Virus record (IMG/VR): IMGVR_UViG_2872192773_000007
Length of the DNA stretch: 42,812 nt
Origin: a virus
Taxonomy: Duplodnaviria; Heunggongvirae; Uroviricota; Caudoviricetes
Reading direction: 5' to 3' (one strand)
Below, one piece after another: positions 31,126 to 40,220 of this stretch. A program made the translations under genes and the position numbers. Under the pieces are notes generated by a model. The model did not search any database and was not told where the DNA came from. It saw only the letters and a program-made list of their open reading frames with translations. Numbering within the stretch: the stretch's first letter is position 1; each line of letters begins with the position of its first letter.

Positions 31126-31137
31126 CAGGCTACCTCA
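31126..31137 (-). mobile_element. 12-bp remnant of an inverted IS600 left end
   Basis: CAGGCTACCTCA is the reverse complement of the IS600 left terminus TGAGGTAGCCTG. It abuts the right end of the full copy. Confidence 0.7.
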
Positions 31138-32554
31138 AGGCAGCCAGTAATTTGTCTGCATCGACAGGATTTTTGGGCGGAATGTTTTTCCGGGCTTCAT
31201 GGAGTTCTGCCCGTAGTTCCTGATATTTCTCATCAACAGAATTTACCTGTGACTGAGCATCCAGCGGCTGCGTGTTCTGATGATGTTCAGTTGCATCCGG
31301 TTCCATTGTTTCAGCCGTTGCCTGTTCATCTGCCATTGCGCCAGATGGCTGCGTTTTTTCTTCATCATCCTGTTTTCCTTCTTCTGTTACACGTTGCGGC
31401 ATCGGGGCAGAGGAGCGACCGCAGGCAATATCCACGATTTCCGGATCAGGGTTGGCATGATCGGTTTCAGTCAGTACCTTGTTCAGATATTCAGTGACGT
31501 GAGCGGGGATGACCTCGATACCAATCGGTGCTTCTTTCACTGACGCAACCACGATGGCGCGGGAATAATCCATCCCGCCAGGCATGGTGATGAATTTGTC
31601 GCGGAAAACAGAAAAGGGCGGTTTATTTTCAGCGATAATTTCCTCGACACGTTTAGCGTGTGCCGGATGAAGGTTATAAATGTCCACGTCCATTGAACGA
31701 GCCAGTACGCCAGTGGCTACGTCGCGCGCCAGTGACGTCAGATCGTGAACGAAACCTTCGCCGCGATCGGTGAGGTTCCCGCCGCCAGCATTAGCGCCGG
31801 AAGCCGTGCGCGTGATGCGTGAAACACGATTTCCTTTCATCCACTCTTTTGTCAGCAGACCGCGATCGGTGTAGTCTGCGTCCATGTATGCTTCGAAAAA
31901 AGCAGTCATCAGCCCCAGGCTTGAATTGCCTGGATTAGGGAAAACTCTGTCAGTATCACGCACCAGTTTGTGGAGATCGCGAATTTCCAGCGGATCGAGC
32001 AGGCTGGTTTTGTGGGAAACAGCCAGGGCAGTAACAGCTGGTAGTTCTTCATCCCGAGCAATGTGTAATGCCTGGAGTTCGTCGCGTGAAACGTGCGTTA
32101 CTGGTTTTTCGCTGCCGTGTTGCGCAAGCCAGCGAATGGGCAGTTCCTGACCGGAAACTGGCAGGAGCATGTTCTCCTCAATTTCTGTCATGTCTTCGCC
32201 GTTGACGTTGGTATTGTCAGTGCTGGCCGGTTTGTCCTGAACAGAGGGAGAAGATGCGATAAATACCATTGTGATGCCATCTTCCCCGCCTTTTTCGTAA
32301 CGGTTGCAGAATTCCGTATCAAATACGCCTTCTGGCGGGAGGTCATCAACAACGGGCAAATTGACGCGAACAGGTTTTTTAAAGTCATCTTCATCGTAGC
32401 CTGCATCGTCAATCGCAACAGCACCACGGGAGATGGCAATGGATAATTTTTTCGCTTCAGCCCAGTAAAAACCGCCTTTAATACCGAGACGTTTTCTTAC
32501 TTTGTCATTTTTTGCTTCGTAATACAGTGGGTAAACTTGTTTATCGGTGTTCAT
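31130..32554 (-). pseudogene. recE: RecE (exonuclease VIII) N-terminal half, C-terminal nuclease domain lost
   Basis: 474 aa. The stretch [45 protein letters not shown]...[12 protein letters not shown] matches Rac RecE residues of about 100-475 as I recall them. The stop codon is supplied by the IS600 remnant. Confidence 0.85.
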
Positions 32555-32653
32555 TGTTTTTTAACCTCAACTCAGATTAAAATTACTGCGAGTGATGAAT
32601 AAATGTCCCAGGTTCTTCATTCAGGCCTGCACAGTGTGCAGGCTTTCTTTTTT

Positions 32654-32929
32654 TCAGATTTCACCTTTTAATTTCATTGCAATCAGAGTTGCCAGAAATT
32701 CGGCTTTTTTTTCTGCGGGCAGATTCTTTCCTATGTGCACCAGACACATTTTTTTTACACCATCGTTAAGTGTTTTAACGTTGCCTGATGGACCGTCGAT
32801 ATCAACCACAGTGAATGGGGTTTCTTTATTTTCTGTCTTAATCACGTAGCCAATACGCTTTCCTTCCAGATTAACCTCGTGAACAATGTCATCAGTAGTT
32901 ACAACAGTGGCTTCATAACTGGTAATCAT
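32654..32929 (-). CDS. racC: Rac prophage protein RacC
   Basis: 91 aa from MITSYEATVVTTDDIVHEVNLEGKRIGYVIKTENKETPFTVVDIDGPSGNVKTL. Confidence 0.85.
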   Translation of the reverse strand: MITSYEATVVTTDDIVHEVNLEGKRIGYVIKTENKETPFTVVDIDGPSGNVKTLNDGVKKMCLVHIGKNLPAEKKAEFLATLIAMKLKGEI

Positions 32930-33003
32930 GTTTTTCTCCTTAATTAAGGTTGAGCGAATCCCTGCCATTGCTGGCATAAATTCAGTTTCGGATAGTCAGT
33001 TAA

Positions 33004-33174
33004 TTAAAGTTCGTGTGCCATCTGGTCTTTTTCGGCACAGATTTCACTACAATATTTTTTCATTTCCGTCGTTGGTATAACTCCACGCATGAAATGAAGT
33101 GGTCTTGTAATGATTTTGCTTTCTTCAATTTCTTTATTGCAAAGGTGATAAGCACATTTTATTTTCTTAGTCAT
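33004..33174 (-). CDS. ydaE: Rac prophage zinc-binding protein YdaE
   Basis: 56 aa, too short for the ORF track: [56 protein letters not shown]. Its ATG overlaps the kilR stop by 1 nt. Confidence 0.75.
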   Translation of the reverse strand: MTKKIKCAYHLCNKEIEESKIITRPLHFMRGVIPTTEMKKYCSEICAEKDQMAHEL

Positions 33175-33395
33175 TACCATGACTCCGCCTTTACAGGTAA
33201 ACCATCACGACCGAGGAAGACTTTAATCATGCAGTCAGAAATGCATGTTTTTGTAGTCAGGCTACGAATATAAAGTTTTCGCTTTTTAATATTGTTTGCC
33301 GAGGCGATATATGTCCGACCTTCATGAAGAACATAATCGCCAGGAGTCACACACTGACGTGGTATTTCATCAGTTCCGAAGTGATGAGCAATCAT
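33174..33395 (-). CDS. kilR: KilR, FtsZ-inhibiting killing protein of Rac
   Basis: 73 aa: [51 protein letters not shown]... Confidence 0.85.
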   Translation of the reverse strand: MIAHHFGTDEIPRQCVTPGDYVLHEGRTYIASANNIKKRKLYIRSLTTKTCISDCMIKVFLGRDGLPVKAESW

Positions 33396-33471
33396 GGAAG
33401 CCTCCTTAATAAACAGTCTTACAAAGGAAATCTCAGGAAAGTTATTTAATACTTAGCAGCTGGATTTGCCC

Positions 33472-34377
33472 CTATATTTCCAGACATCTGTTATCACTTA
33501 ACCCATTACAAGCCCGCTGCCGCAGATATTCCCGTGGCGAGCGATAACCCAGCGCACTATGCGGATGCCATTCGTTATAATGCTCGAACGCCTCTGCAAG
33601 GTTCTTTGCTGCCGTTAACCCGTCTGGTTTGGGCATGATACTGATGTAGTCACGCTTTATCGTTTTCACGAAGCTCTCTGCTATTCCGTTACTCTCCGGA
33701 CTCCGCACCGCCGTGTTCTTCGGTTCAAGTCCCAACATCCGGGCGAACTGGCGTGTTTCATTAGCCCGGTAGCATGAACCATTATCCGTCAGCCACTCCA
33801 CTGGAGACGACGGAAGATCGTTGCCGAAGCGGCGTTCCACTGCTCCCAGCATGACGTCCTGTACTGTTTCACTGTTGAAGCCGCCGGTAGTCACCGCCCA
33901 GTGCAGTGCCTCACGATCACAGCAGTCCAGCGCGAACGTGACACGCAGTCTCTCTCCGTTATCACAGCAGAACTCGAACCCGTCAGAGCACCATCGCTGA
34001 TTGCTTTCTTTCACGGCCACTCTGCCTGTATGTGCCCGTTTCGATGGCGGTACAGCAGGTTTTCGCTCAAGCAACAGCGCATTCTGGCGCATGAGCCGGT
34101 AAACACGTTTGGCATTGATCGCAGGCATACCATCAAGTTCTGCCTGTCTGCGAAGCAGCGCCCATACCCGACGATAACCATACGTGGGCAGCTCTCCGAT
34201 AACATGGTGTATACGGAGAAGCACATCCGTATCATCAGTGTGACGACTGCGGCGGCCATCCATCCAGTCATCGGTTCGTCTGAGAATGACGTGCAACTGC
34301 GCACGCGACACCCGGAGACAACGGCTGACTAAGCTTACTCCCCATCCCCGGGCAATAAGGGCGCGTGCGCTATCCAC
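33472..34377 (-). CDS. insD: IS2 InsD
   Basis: 301-aa ORF. Confidence 0.95.
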   Translation of the reverse strand: MDSARALIARGWGVSLVSRCLRVSRAQLHVILRRTDDWMDGRRSRHTDDTDVLLRIHHVIGELPTYGYRRVWALLRRQAELDGMPAINAKRVYRLMRQNALLLERKPAVPPSKRAHTGRVAVKESNQRWCSDGFEFCCDNGERLRVTFALDCCDREALHWAVTTGGFNSETVQDVMLGAVERRFGNDLPSSPVEWLTDNGSCYRANETRQFARMLGLEPKNTAVRSPESNGIAESFVKTIKRDYISIMPKPDGLTAAKNLAEAFEHYNEWHPHSALGYRSPREYLRQRACNGLSDNRCLEI

Positions 34378-34700
34378 TTTTTTGCCCGTCCATATTCAAC
34401 GGCTTCTTTGAGGAGTTCATTTTTCATCGTTTTCTTGCCGAGCAGGCGCTGGAGTTCTTTAATCTGCTTCATGGCGGCAGCAAGTTCAGAGGCAGGAACA
34501 ACCTGTTCTCCGGCGGCCACAGCAGTAAGACTTCCTTCCTGGTATTGCTTACGCCAGAGAAATAACTGGCTGGCTGCTACACCATGTTGCCGGGCAACGA
34601 GGGAGACCGTCATCCCCGGTTCAAAGCTCTGCTGAACAATTGCGATCTTTTCCTGTGTGGTACGCCGTCTGCGTTTCTCCGGCCCTAAGACATCAATCAT
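34335..34700 (-). CDS. insC: IS2 InsC
   Basis: 121 aa from MIDVLGPEK. Confidence 0.9.
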   Translation of the reverse strand: MIDVLGPEKRRRRTTQEKIAIVQQSFEPGMTVSLVARQHGVAASQLFLWRKQYQEGSLTAVAAGEQVVPASELAAAMKQIKELQRLLGKKTMKNELLKEAVEYGRAKKWIAHAPLLPGDGE

Positions 34701-34791
34701 CTGTTCTCCAATGACTAGTCTAAAAACTAGTATTAAGACTATCACTTAAATAAGTGATACTGGTTGTCTGGAGATTCAGGGGGCCAGTCTA

Positions 34792-35333
34792 GCAGCTGCT
34801 CTACGGTCATATTTTTAATTGCGCTCCGGTTTACAAGAGCCCACCCCTGTTTTTCCAGATAAAACTGGAAAGTATCCAGGGTACAGACCAGTGCACCGTC
34901 AGGAACAGTTTCGGTGAATCTGATATTGCCGTGTTCGTCGAAGTGCACAACCAGAGTGCGACCGTTACCCGGAATCATCTTGTCAGCGGACGGGGTATTA
35001 TTCTGGTGCAGTTCTGCCTCCATGCGGTCGAACATCAGCGATGTAGGCCTCTTTGAATGCAGCGGCTTTTTTCCCAGTGAAGCCCATCACCAGGAAAACG
35101 AAGCCGTTTTTGGTGATTTGGTACATTGGACGTTTTTCGCCTTTGGTGTCGGTGTAGGTGACGTCCTCAAAATTGAGGGCGTTAAATTCAGGTGAGCATT
35201 CAGTATTTGCGATGGCACGTAACACATTGTCGTGTCGTTTGTGGAAGAACTCTGCAACCGCAACAGACGTAGTGACAGCGCGACCGTTTTCGATGGTTAC
35301 GTCAGGGTGAGAAAGGGCAGGGATAGTAGCCAT
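34792..35333 (-). pseudogene. Rha-family phage regulatory protein, frameshifted and with IS2 near the 3' end
   Basis: ATG 35333 (RBS GAGGA), then MATIPALSHPDVTIENGRAVTTSVAVAEFFHKRHDNVLRAIAN...KKAAAFKEAYIA. The frame slips near 35035 into MFDRMEAELHQ...MTVEQLL. The last 3 codons (SIK*) lie beyond the IS2, at 33442-33455. Confidence 0.7.
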
Positions 35334-35362
35334 GATGGCATCCTCGAGTGATAAGTTAATTA

Positions 35363-35471
35363 ACTCACCACCGAGGTTTTCCACGACCATAAGGGTGGTG
35401 AGACGTACAGGGGTGGAAATACCGGTCACTCGAGAACCCGGCCAGTCTTGCGACTGCCCTGCACATCCCAC
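35363..35471 (-). ncRNA. Candidate structured leader/antisense-type RNA upstream of rha (c4-like architecture?)
   Basis: On the minus strand, a closing stem GGTGGGA...TCCACCC encloses two hairpins, CAGTC-GCAA-GACTG (GNRA loop) and CCGG-GTTCTCGAGTGA-CCGG. A further hairpin, CTCACCACC...GGTGGTGAG, follows. No plausible coding potential. Confidence 0.3.
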
Positions 35472-35500
35472 CATAATTTGAATGGAGCTGTGCATTACGC

Positions 35501-35524
35501 ATAAAAAAACCGCTTCAGCGCGGC
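35501..35524 (-). terminator. Rho-independent terminator (minus strand)
   Basis: AGCCGCG-CTGA-AGCGGTTTTTTT, read on the minus strand. Confidence 0.7.
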
Positions 35525-36106
35525 TATGCGCTCGAGTAACGTTCGGGTTTCCACGCCCGGCCCCCGTTTTATGAGGTGCAGATGCACTATAATTCCACCC
35601 GTTCTGGTTTTCAATAGCTACATTCAACATTTTCTCTTACCTTTCATCACCGAAGTGAACTTTGTTGATGCGGTGCCTGGTGCCTCCAGGTGACGTTAAC
35701 CAGTTAACAATTAACGCCGGATACAGGGAAACCCATAACCACCCGATACGTGGGAACTAATCGCTTTTTAACTGTTCCGCGTGCGCTCAGCCGCATTCAC
35801 CGCATCACAAAATTCACTTTAAAAAGGGCGGACATCAGCCAGCAATGAAACTGATGCCGCCAAAGGTACCAATCAACATGGAGTGTTGTGGCGTGGTTGT
35901 CACTTAAGCGTATGGTCAACCTGACAACCCGGTGTCCTCAACGGGGAAGGAATAACTCCGCCATACTTACCGCCGCGTCATTTCGCGTTGTGTGCCTGCT
36001 TTTAACTACGTCAGGCGAGGTGGTTCCTGTTATTCCCCAACAACAAGAAATTTGTATAATCTGAATACCCCAACAATAAGAAGAGTGAGCAAGTGATGTA
36101 TTAGCG

Positions 36107-36553
36107 ATGTCAGCTCTCAAAGAGACTGCATCAATGTTAAAATTATTCAATGAAGCAAAAACTCAGGCTGAGGTTGATCGCGCTGTGTCTGAAATAAACT
36201 CTAAGTTGTCAAGCATTCAGCTTGAATATTTGTCTCTCATTGATGAGCTGACAATCTCTAAAAGCAATGAGGCTGCGCTCAAAGCAAAACTCACGGAGAT
36301 AGAAAAGTTTAAGTTCCAAAGTGAAGACTGCGAACCTCGCTAATTGATTACTGGAACGATTGTGTATGCCAGACAGTGCAATACTAGCTCTGGCAAGATT
36401 ACCATGTATTTTTGTCCAGAATGTTTTGCGAAGAGAGCAATATCTATATTGCAACCTTTCCCTATCGAGGAAGGCGATAAATATACGAAAACTCAATGCC
36501 CCTCCTGTAAAAATGAGTATCTCATGGACTACAATTTCAATAATGATTTTTGA
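36107..36553 (+). pseudogene. Hypothetical coiled-coil + zinc-ribbon protein split by an in-frame TAA
   Basis: ORFs 36107..36343 and 36344..36553 are in the same frame and separated only by the TAA at 36341-36343. The C-terminal part has CPECF...CPSCK. The region is AT-rich. Confidence 0.5.
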
Positions 36554-36709
36554 GTCAAGGTATTCAGATTTTTAAAGAACATGCCGGATACTCACCCGTG
36601 TCCGGCGCACGCACTCCACCTCACCCGTGGAGAACTCCTTAATTACCAACCTTGGCTTCGTTGGTTAGCCATTAACGCTGGTATGTAATCATTCTGGCAA
36701 TGCTTAATT

Positions 36710-36770
36710 TGAAGTGGCACACTGAATTTGGCCACCTGAACAGAGGTGATATGCTCACCTCAGAACAACA
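36710..36770 (+). mobile_element. Solo 61-bp IS911 left-end fragment
   Basis: TGAAGTGGCACACTGAATTTGGCCACCTGAACAGAGGTGATATGCTCACCTCAGAACAACA is identical to the IRL end of the full copies. It then diverges. Confidence 0.9.
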
Positions 36771-36852
36771 GTAAGCGCCCCATCAGCGACGTCTTGTGAA
36801 AATTGTCCTGTCTGGCAACAATCGCGCCCATCTATATTGATGGACACGAACG

Positions 36853-37234
36853 ATGAATTCCCAGACAACAAAAGATATTCCCTGCTTCCGTTCTTATTTG
36901 CCTGATGCCCTGCGTTTAAGATTTGAAGATAAACTGACCATCCGGGCCATCGCTCAGCGTCTGGGTCTCAGTCATTCCACAATACATACGCTTTTTCAGC
37001 GATTTCTTGCATCCGGTATCGCATGGCCATTGCCCGATTCAGTTTCATTCGCTCAACTTGACGCCATCCTTTATGCCAACAGAAAGAAGGAATTAACAGA
37101 GCCTCAAATCAGAGAAGGCTCATGGCGAAAAGAACGGCGAACCAGCTATAGCCGTGAATTTAAGGTCCGTCTGGCTAAGCAGGCGTTACAGCCTGGGGCT
37201 GTTGTTGCCCGGATCGCCAGAGAACACGATATCA
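36853..37234 (+). pseudogene. Transposase-like HTH protein fragment (IS21-like N-terminal HTH plus IS66/IS3-type HTH), 3'-truncated
   Basis: MNSQTTKDIPCFRSYLPDALRLRFEDKLTIRAIAQRLGLSHSTIHTLFQRFLASGIAWPLPD...RRTSYSREFKVRLAKQALQPGAVVARIAREHDI. Homology ends at 37234, where the tail-fibre duplicate begins. Confidence 0.45.
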
Positions 37235-37402
37235 GGGATTTCAGTGCCCAGTACTCCCACCGGAACGTATATAGCATCCCCACAATTTTTCATTACGGGA
37301 TGTTCAGAGCATTCATTACCGGGGTCATATTGCGCCCTGTCCGGGGTGCCGGATGCTCATGTCTCTGGCGCAATGCCCGGGCTTTTTATTCGCACATCGT
37401 GA
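37235..37402 (+). pseudogene. Tail-fibre protein 3' fragment (duplicate of 20077..20244)
   Basis: It matches copy 1 at a constant offset of 17158 bp, with the identical encoded peptide ISVPSTPTGTYIASPQFFITGCSEHSLPGSYCALSGVPDAHVSGAMPGLFIRTS. Confidence 0.85.
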
Positions 37403-37412
37403 GGAATGCACC

Positions 37413-37976
37413 GTGGAAATTAAAAAAATCATTAATCCCCGTTATACCGAAAGTGGCGCAGTAGACTGTGACGTTTTTTTTGACGACAGGGACCAGGCAG
37501 TCCCCTACACAGCCACCGCTGATGATGTCGCTCCGACGGGTCAGCAAATCTGGCAGGAACTGCAAAGCGGCAAATGGGGTGAGATAGCCCCATTCACTGT
37601 GACACCAGAAATGCTGGAAGCGGCCAGAGAGGCCAGACGTCAGGAAATTGAAGCATGGCGCGCAGAACAGGAGGCGAAGCTGTTCACGTTTGAATGGAAC
37701 GGTCGTATCTGGAATGCTGGTCCCGATTCACTGGGCCGCCTGTCCCCGGTAGTCATGCTGGCAAAATCTGTCACAGCACAAACACATATGGCGTGGAGCG
37801 ATGCCGATAATCAGCAGGTGAAACTGTCGATGCCGGAACTGGAAGAACTGGCGGCAGCAATGGTGCAGGCGCAGGTCGATCGCAACGATGAGATTTATCG
37901 CCGTCAGCGTGAAATGAAAGAGGAGCTGAGCGGTCTGGATGATTTGGCTTCAATTCGGGCGTTTGACGTTGAGTAA
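37413..37976 (+). CDS. Tail-fibre-associated/assembly-like protein (paralogue of 20255..20818)
   Basis: The protein is identical to copy 1 over about the first 165 residues. It then diverges at the C-terminus (REMKEELSGLDDLASIRAFDVE vs RELKEELNSLKDLNSVRNFIVE). Confidence 0.7.
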   Translation: MEIKKIINPRYTESGAVDCDVFFDDRDQAVPYTATADDVAPTGQQIWQELQSGKWGEIAPFTVTPEMLEAAREARRQEIEAWRAEQEAKLFTFEWNGRIWNAGPDSLGRLSPVVMLAKSVTAQTHMAWSDADNQQVKLSMPELEELAAAMVQAQVDRNDEIYRRQREMKEELSGLDDLASIRAFDVE

Positions 37977-38091
37977 TGAATAAGCCGCAACTGGCGGAAT
38001 CACAGAAGACCGCTTTGCTTACCGAAGCGGAGTCTGTCATCCGGCAGCCGGGGCGTGCTGTCAGGCTGAACAGGGAAACGGATGAATCCGG

Positions 38092-38119
38092 GGAGGCCCG
38101 GGGGCGGGCCTCCGTTTTT
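38092..38119 (+). terminator. Rho-independent terminator
   Basis: GGAGGCCCG-GGGG-CGGGCCTCC followed by GTTTTT. Confidence 0.75.
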
Positions 38120-38155
38120 CCGGAGTCAGTCCGGTCTGTGGTTTATGCGATGTGA

Positions 38156-39871
38156 TTATGAATGGTGCAGTTGTGAGCCGTTTTCAGGCAATCGCAGGGC
38201 CAGTACCTCGTCAGTCAGCTGACGGTAAATCTGCTGTTCAGTCTCACGCATCACCTGTGCACCGGCTTCCCTCTCCGCATCCGCATCACCGCTCAGACCT
38301 GATGCTTTCAGCCGGTCAGCCACCCTCTGAGGGTACTCATTCTCCAGCATCTCATATTTCTGCTCTTCTGCCAGCGCCCAGCGGTCAGCTTCCGTACGCT
38401 TCAGTACAGCATGCCATGGTCCCCAGAGGGAGAACCAGTCCGTAAATTCATTCTCTTCACGGCTTCTGACCATGGCTTCGGCAGTGCGGAGGTCATTTGC
38501 TGTCACTCCCGACACGCCATAGAAACGCATTTCCTTCACGGCAGTGGAGAGCTGAAGTTTCTCTGCGAGCATGGTCTGGAAGGCCAGGTAGACTTCTATC
38601 TCATCCACAAAATGGAGAGTTCTGACTTTATCCCGGGCAATATCCTCCAGAATTTCGAGGCGGAACATTTCCCTGCCCAGGGAGAGCAGAGCGCCGGTAT
38701 CATTATCGAAAAGGCCTTCTGATGCCTGATGGACCAGGAGGGTTTTCCGGAGATTGTTCCATGTGAGCGCGACACGGTCCTCACAGCTTTCAGTGGCATC
38801 AGCAGCAACAGCGAAAGACTGCTGTCGAAGCTCTGCAGAGGTACTGAGTTTTTCCAGCCATGCAGCGACCTGTTCACGGAATCCGGAGGTATTGCGTGCA
38901 GAGACGGTATCGGAAAGGCGGTCAAGGAACGCGGAAAAGGTGTTGGCGTGCTCTTCATGTTCAAAAGCATGCCATATCTGTGATACATCAGATTGTTTGT
39001 TTTCCGGGAACCATGCTGTCACGGCATCAGCCAGGGGGCGATGGAGTGTATTCTGTTGTCCGTCACTCATGGAGAAGTAAATCCGTGGGCCGTGGTAGTC
39101 CGGTTGGGCGGTTTGTTGCGACAGAGACTCCCTGATCCGTGAGGACAGAGGATTGTCTTCGAGGATGATAGTGCAGGTCGGATCAAGGCTAAGTATATTT
39201 TCCGGAATGTGTGTGATGCGATTCTCGCGGCACCGGAAAAATATCTCGGTTTCCTCTGAGTGATGATTTCTTACAGGTACGGCTGGTAGGCTTTCCAGAA
39301 GATTAGTACTTACATCGAGCGCTTCCAGTGATTCAGGTAACTCAGGGAGAAATGTCAGCTGGTTATTTCTTACTGAGAGCACTTCCAGCGATGTAGGTAA
39401 TTCAGGAAGCATGGTTAGCTGATTGTTATCTGCATTAATATATTCCAGCAATGCAGGCAATTCAGGAAGCATGGTTAGTTGGTTGTTATCTACATCAAGA
39501 TGTTTCAGAGATGCGGGTAATTCAGGAAGTGTTGACAGGCGATTGTCACAGGCGTCAAGGTATTCCAGCGATGCTGGCAATTCTGGTAATGATATTAGGG
39601 CATTCTGAGTAATTTCCAGAACAGTGATTTGAGGTGGTAAGTTGTCAGGTAGCGAGGACAGATTTAAACGATTCAGTTGAAGCTCACTGAACTGATTGAT
39701 GAGACATTCTTTAAGTAGGGAGACCGCTTCATTCCGATTTTCACCGGGGAGCGCTTGTTTTTCCCATTTATCCCATGCTGAAAAGTAATCAGCATATGTA
39801 CCGGAAATAGTGTTATAAAAAGAATTTTGGGACAATGAAAAGTTATTATTTATCGGTAACATGATGGACAT
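38156..39871 (-). CDS. ipaH: IpaH-family type III secreted NEL E3 ubiquitin ligase (LRR + novel E3 ligase domain)
   Basis: 571-aa ORF. The canonical start is probably the MLPINNNFSL Met at 39862. It has LRR repeats (LPELPxSLxxLxxxxNQLTxLPE) and a conserved C-terminal domain with the catalytic-Cys motif ESCEDRVALTWNNL. Confidence 0.95.
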   Translation of the reverse strand: MSIMLPINNNFSLSQNSFYNTISGTYADYFSAWDKWEKQALPGENRNEAVSLLKECLINQFSELQLNRLNLSSLPDNLPPQITVLEITQNALISLPELPASLEYLDACDNRLSTLPELPASLKHLDVDNNQLTMLPELPALLEYINADNNQLTMLPELPTSLEVLSVRNNQLTFLPELPESLEALDVSTNLLESLPAVPVRNHHSEETEIFFRCRENRITHIPENILSLDPTCTIILEDNPLSSRIRESLSQQTAQPDYHGPRIYFSMSDGQQNTLHRPLADAVTAWFPENKQSDVSQIWHAFEHEEHANTFSAFLDRLSDTVSARNTSGFREQVAAWLEKLSTSAELRQQSFAVAADATESCEDRVALTWNNLRKTLLVHQASEGLFDNDTGALLSLGREMFRLEILEDIARDKVRTLHFVDEIEVYLAFQTMLAEKLQLSTAVKEMRFYGVSGVTANDLRTAEAMVRSREENEFTDWFSLWGPWHAVLKRTEADRWALAEEQKYEMLENEYPQRVADRLKASGLSGDADAEREAGAQVMRETEQQIYRQLTDEVLALRLPENGSQLHHS

Positions 39872-39990
39872 TCAGTTAAAGCCGATGGACAAATGGCTTT
39901 GTTAAAAGAAATAAGTAGGAGTTTTTATGAAGTTCATTCCATGAAATGAACTTCAGCACTTTTTTATTATAAAAGGACAAACAAAATTGG

Positions 39991-40007
39991 CTGTAAAAAA
40001 ACGATAC
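39991..40007 (-). promoter_or_regulatory. MxiE box
   Basis: The minus strand reads GTATCGTTTTTTTACAG, matching the consensus GTATCGTTTTTTTANAG. A TATAAT lies 19 nt downstream (39966-39971). Confidence 0.85.
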
Positions 40008-40155
40008 TGTTTCAGTTAACTGTGAATAGCTTGCTTGCACCGTATTGTTCTTGTTTTTCGGTTAGTTAAACATCGTACTTCATATTTGAACGTTCTGCCG
40101 GAATGCATTATCAATAGAGGTAAAGTCGCAACCCCAAATCGTAAAGGAAACCGTA

Positions 40156-40220
40156 GCACGTCGTATGCAAGAACGTGCCACGGCTGGCTGATGGATGTTC
40201 GATAGCGCGAGTTTGAATGA
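40156..40220 (+). repeat. Conserved prophage-end sequence (copy 2)
   Basis: GCACGTCGTATGCAAGAACGTGCCACGGCTGGCTGATGGATGTTCGATAGCGCGAGTTTGAATGA is homologous to 20830..20895. Confidence 0.8.

Larger units (their letters stand above)
33461..34791 (-). mobile_element. IS2, complete copy with 5-bp target duplication GCAGC
   Basis: 1331 bp. GCAGC is present at 33456-33460 and again at 34792-34796. Confidence 0.95.

Noticed and set aside
35334-35630. N-terminal 99 codons of the ORF 34998..35630
   Set aside because: This stretch contains a rho-independent terminator and strong hairpins. The Rha homology only starts at Met 35333, which has its own GAGGA RBS. I treat the region as a non-coding leader.
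36554-36709. Run of three short hairpins (GCCGGA...TCCGGC, CTCCAC...GTGGAG, ACCAAC...GTTGGT), considered as nut/boxB-like sites or an sRNA
   Set aside because: I could not recognise a boxA consensus or a terminator, and there is no supporting context after the IS911 fragment. Left unannotated.
37976-38155. 59-aa ORF (MNKPQLAESQKTALLTEAESVIRQ...) overlapping the tfa stop
   Set aside because: The N-terminus faintly resembles the C-terminal region of tail-fibre assembly proteins. However, the frame runs straight through the terminator hairpin at 38092-38119, so it is probably a gene remnant. Too weak to call.
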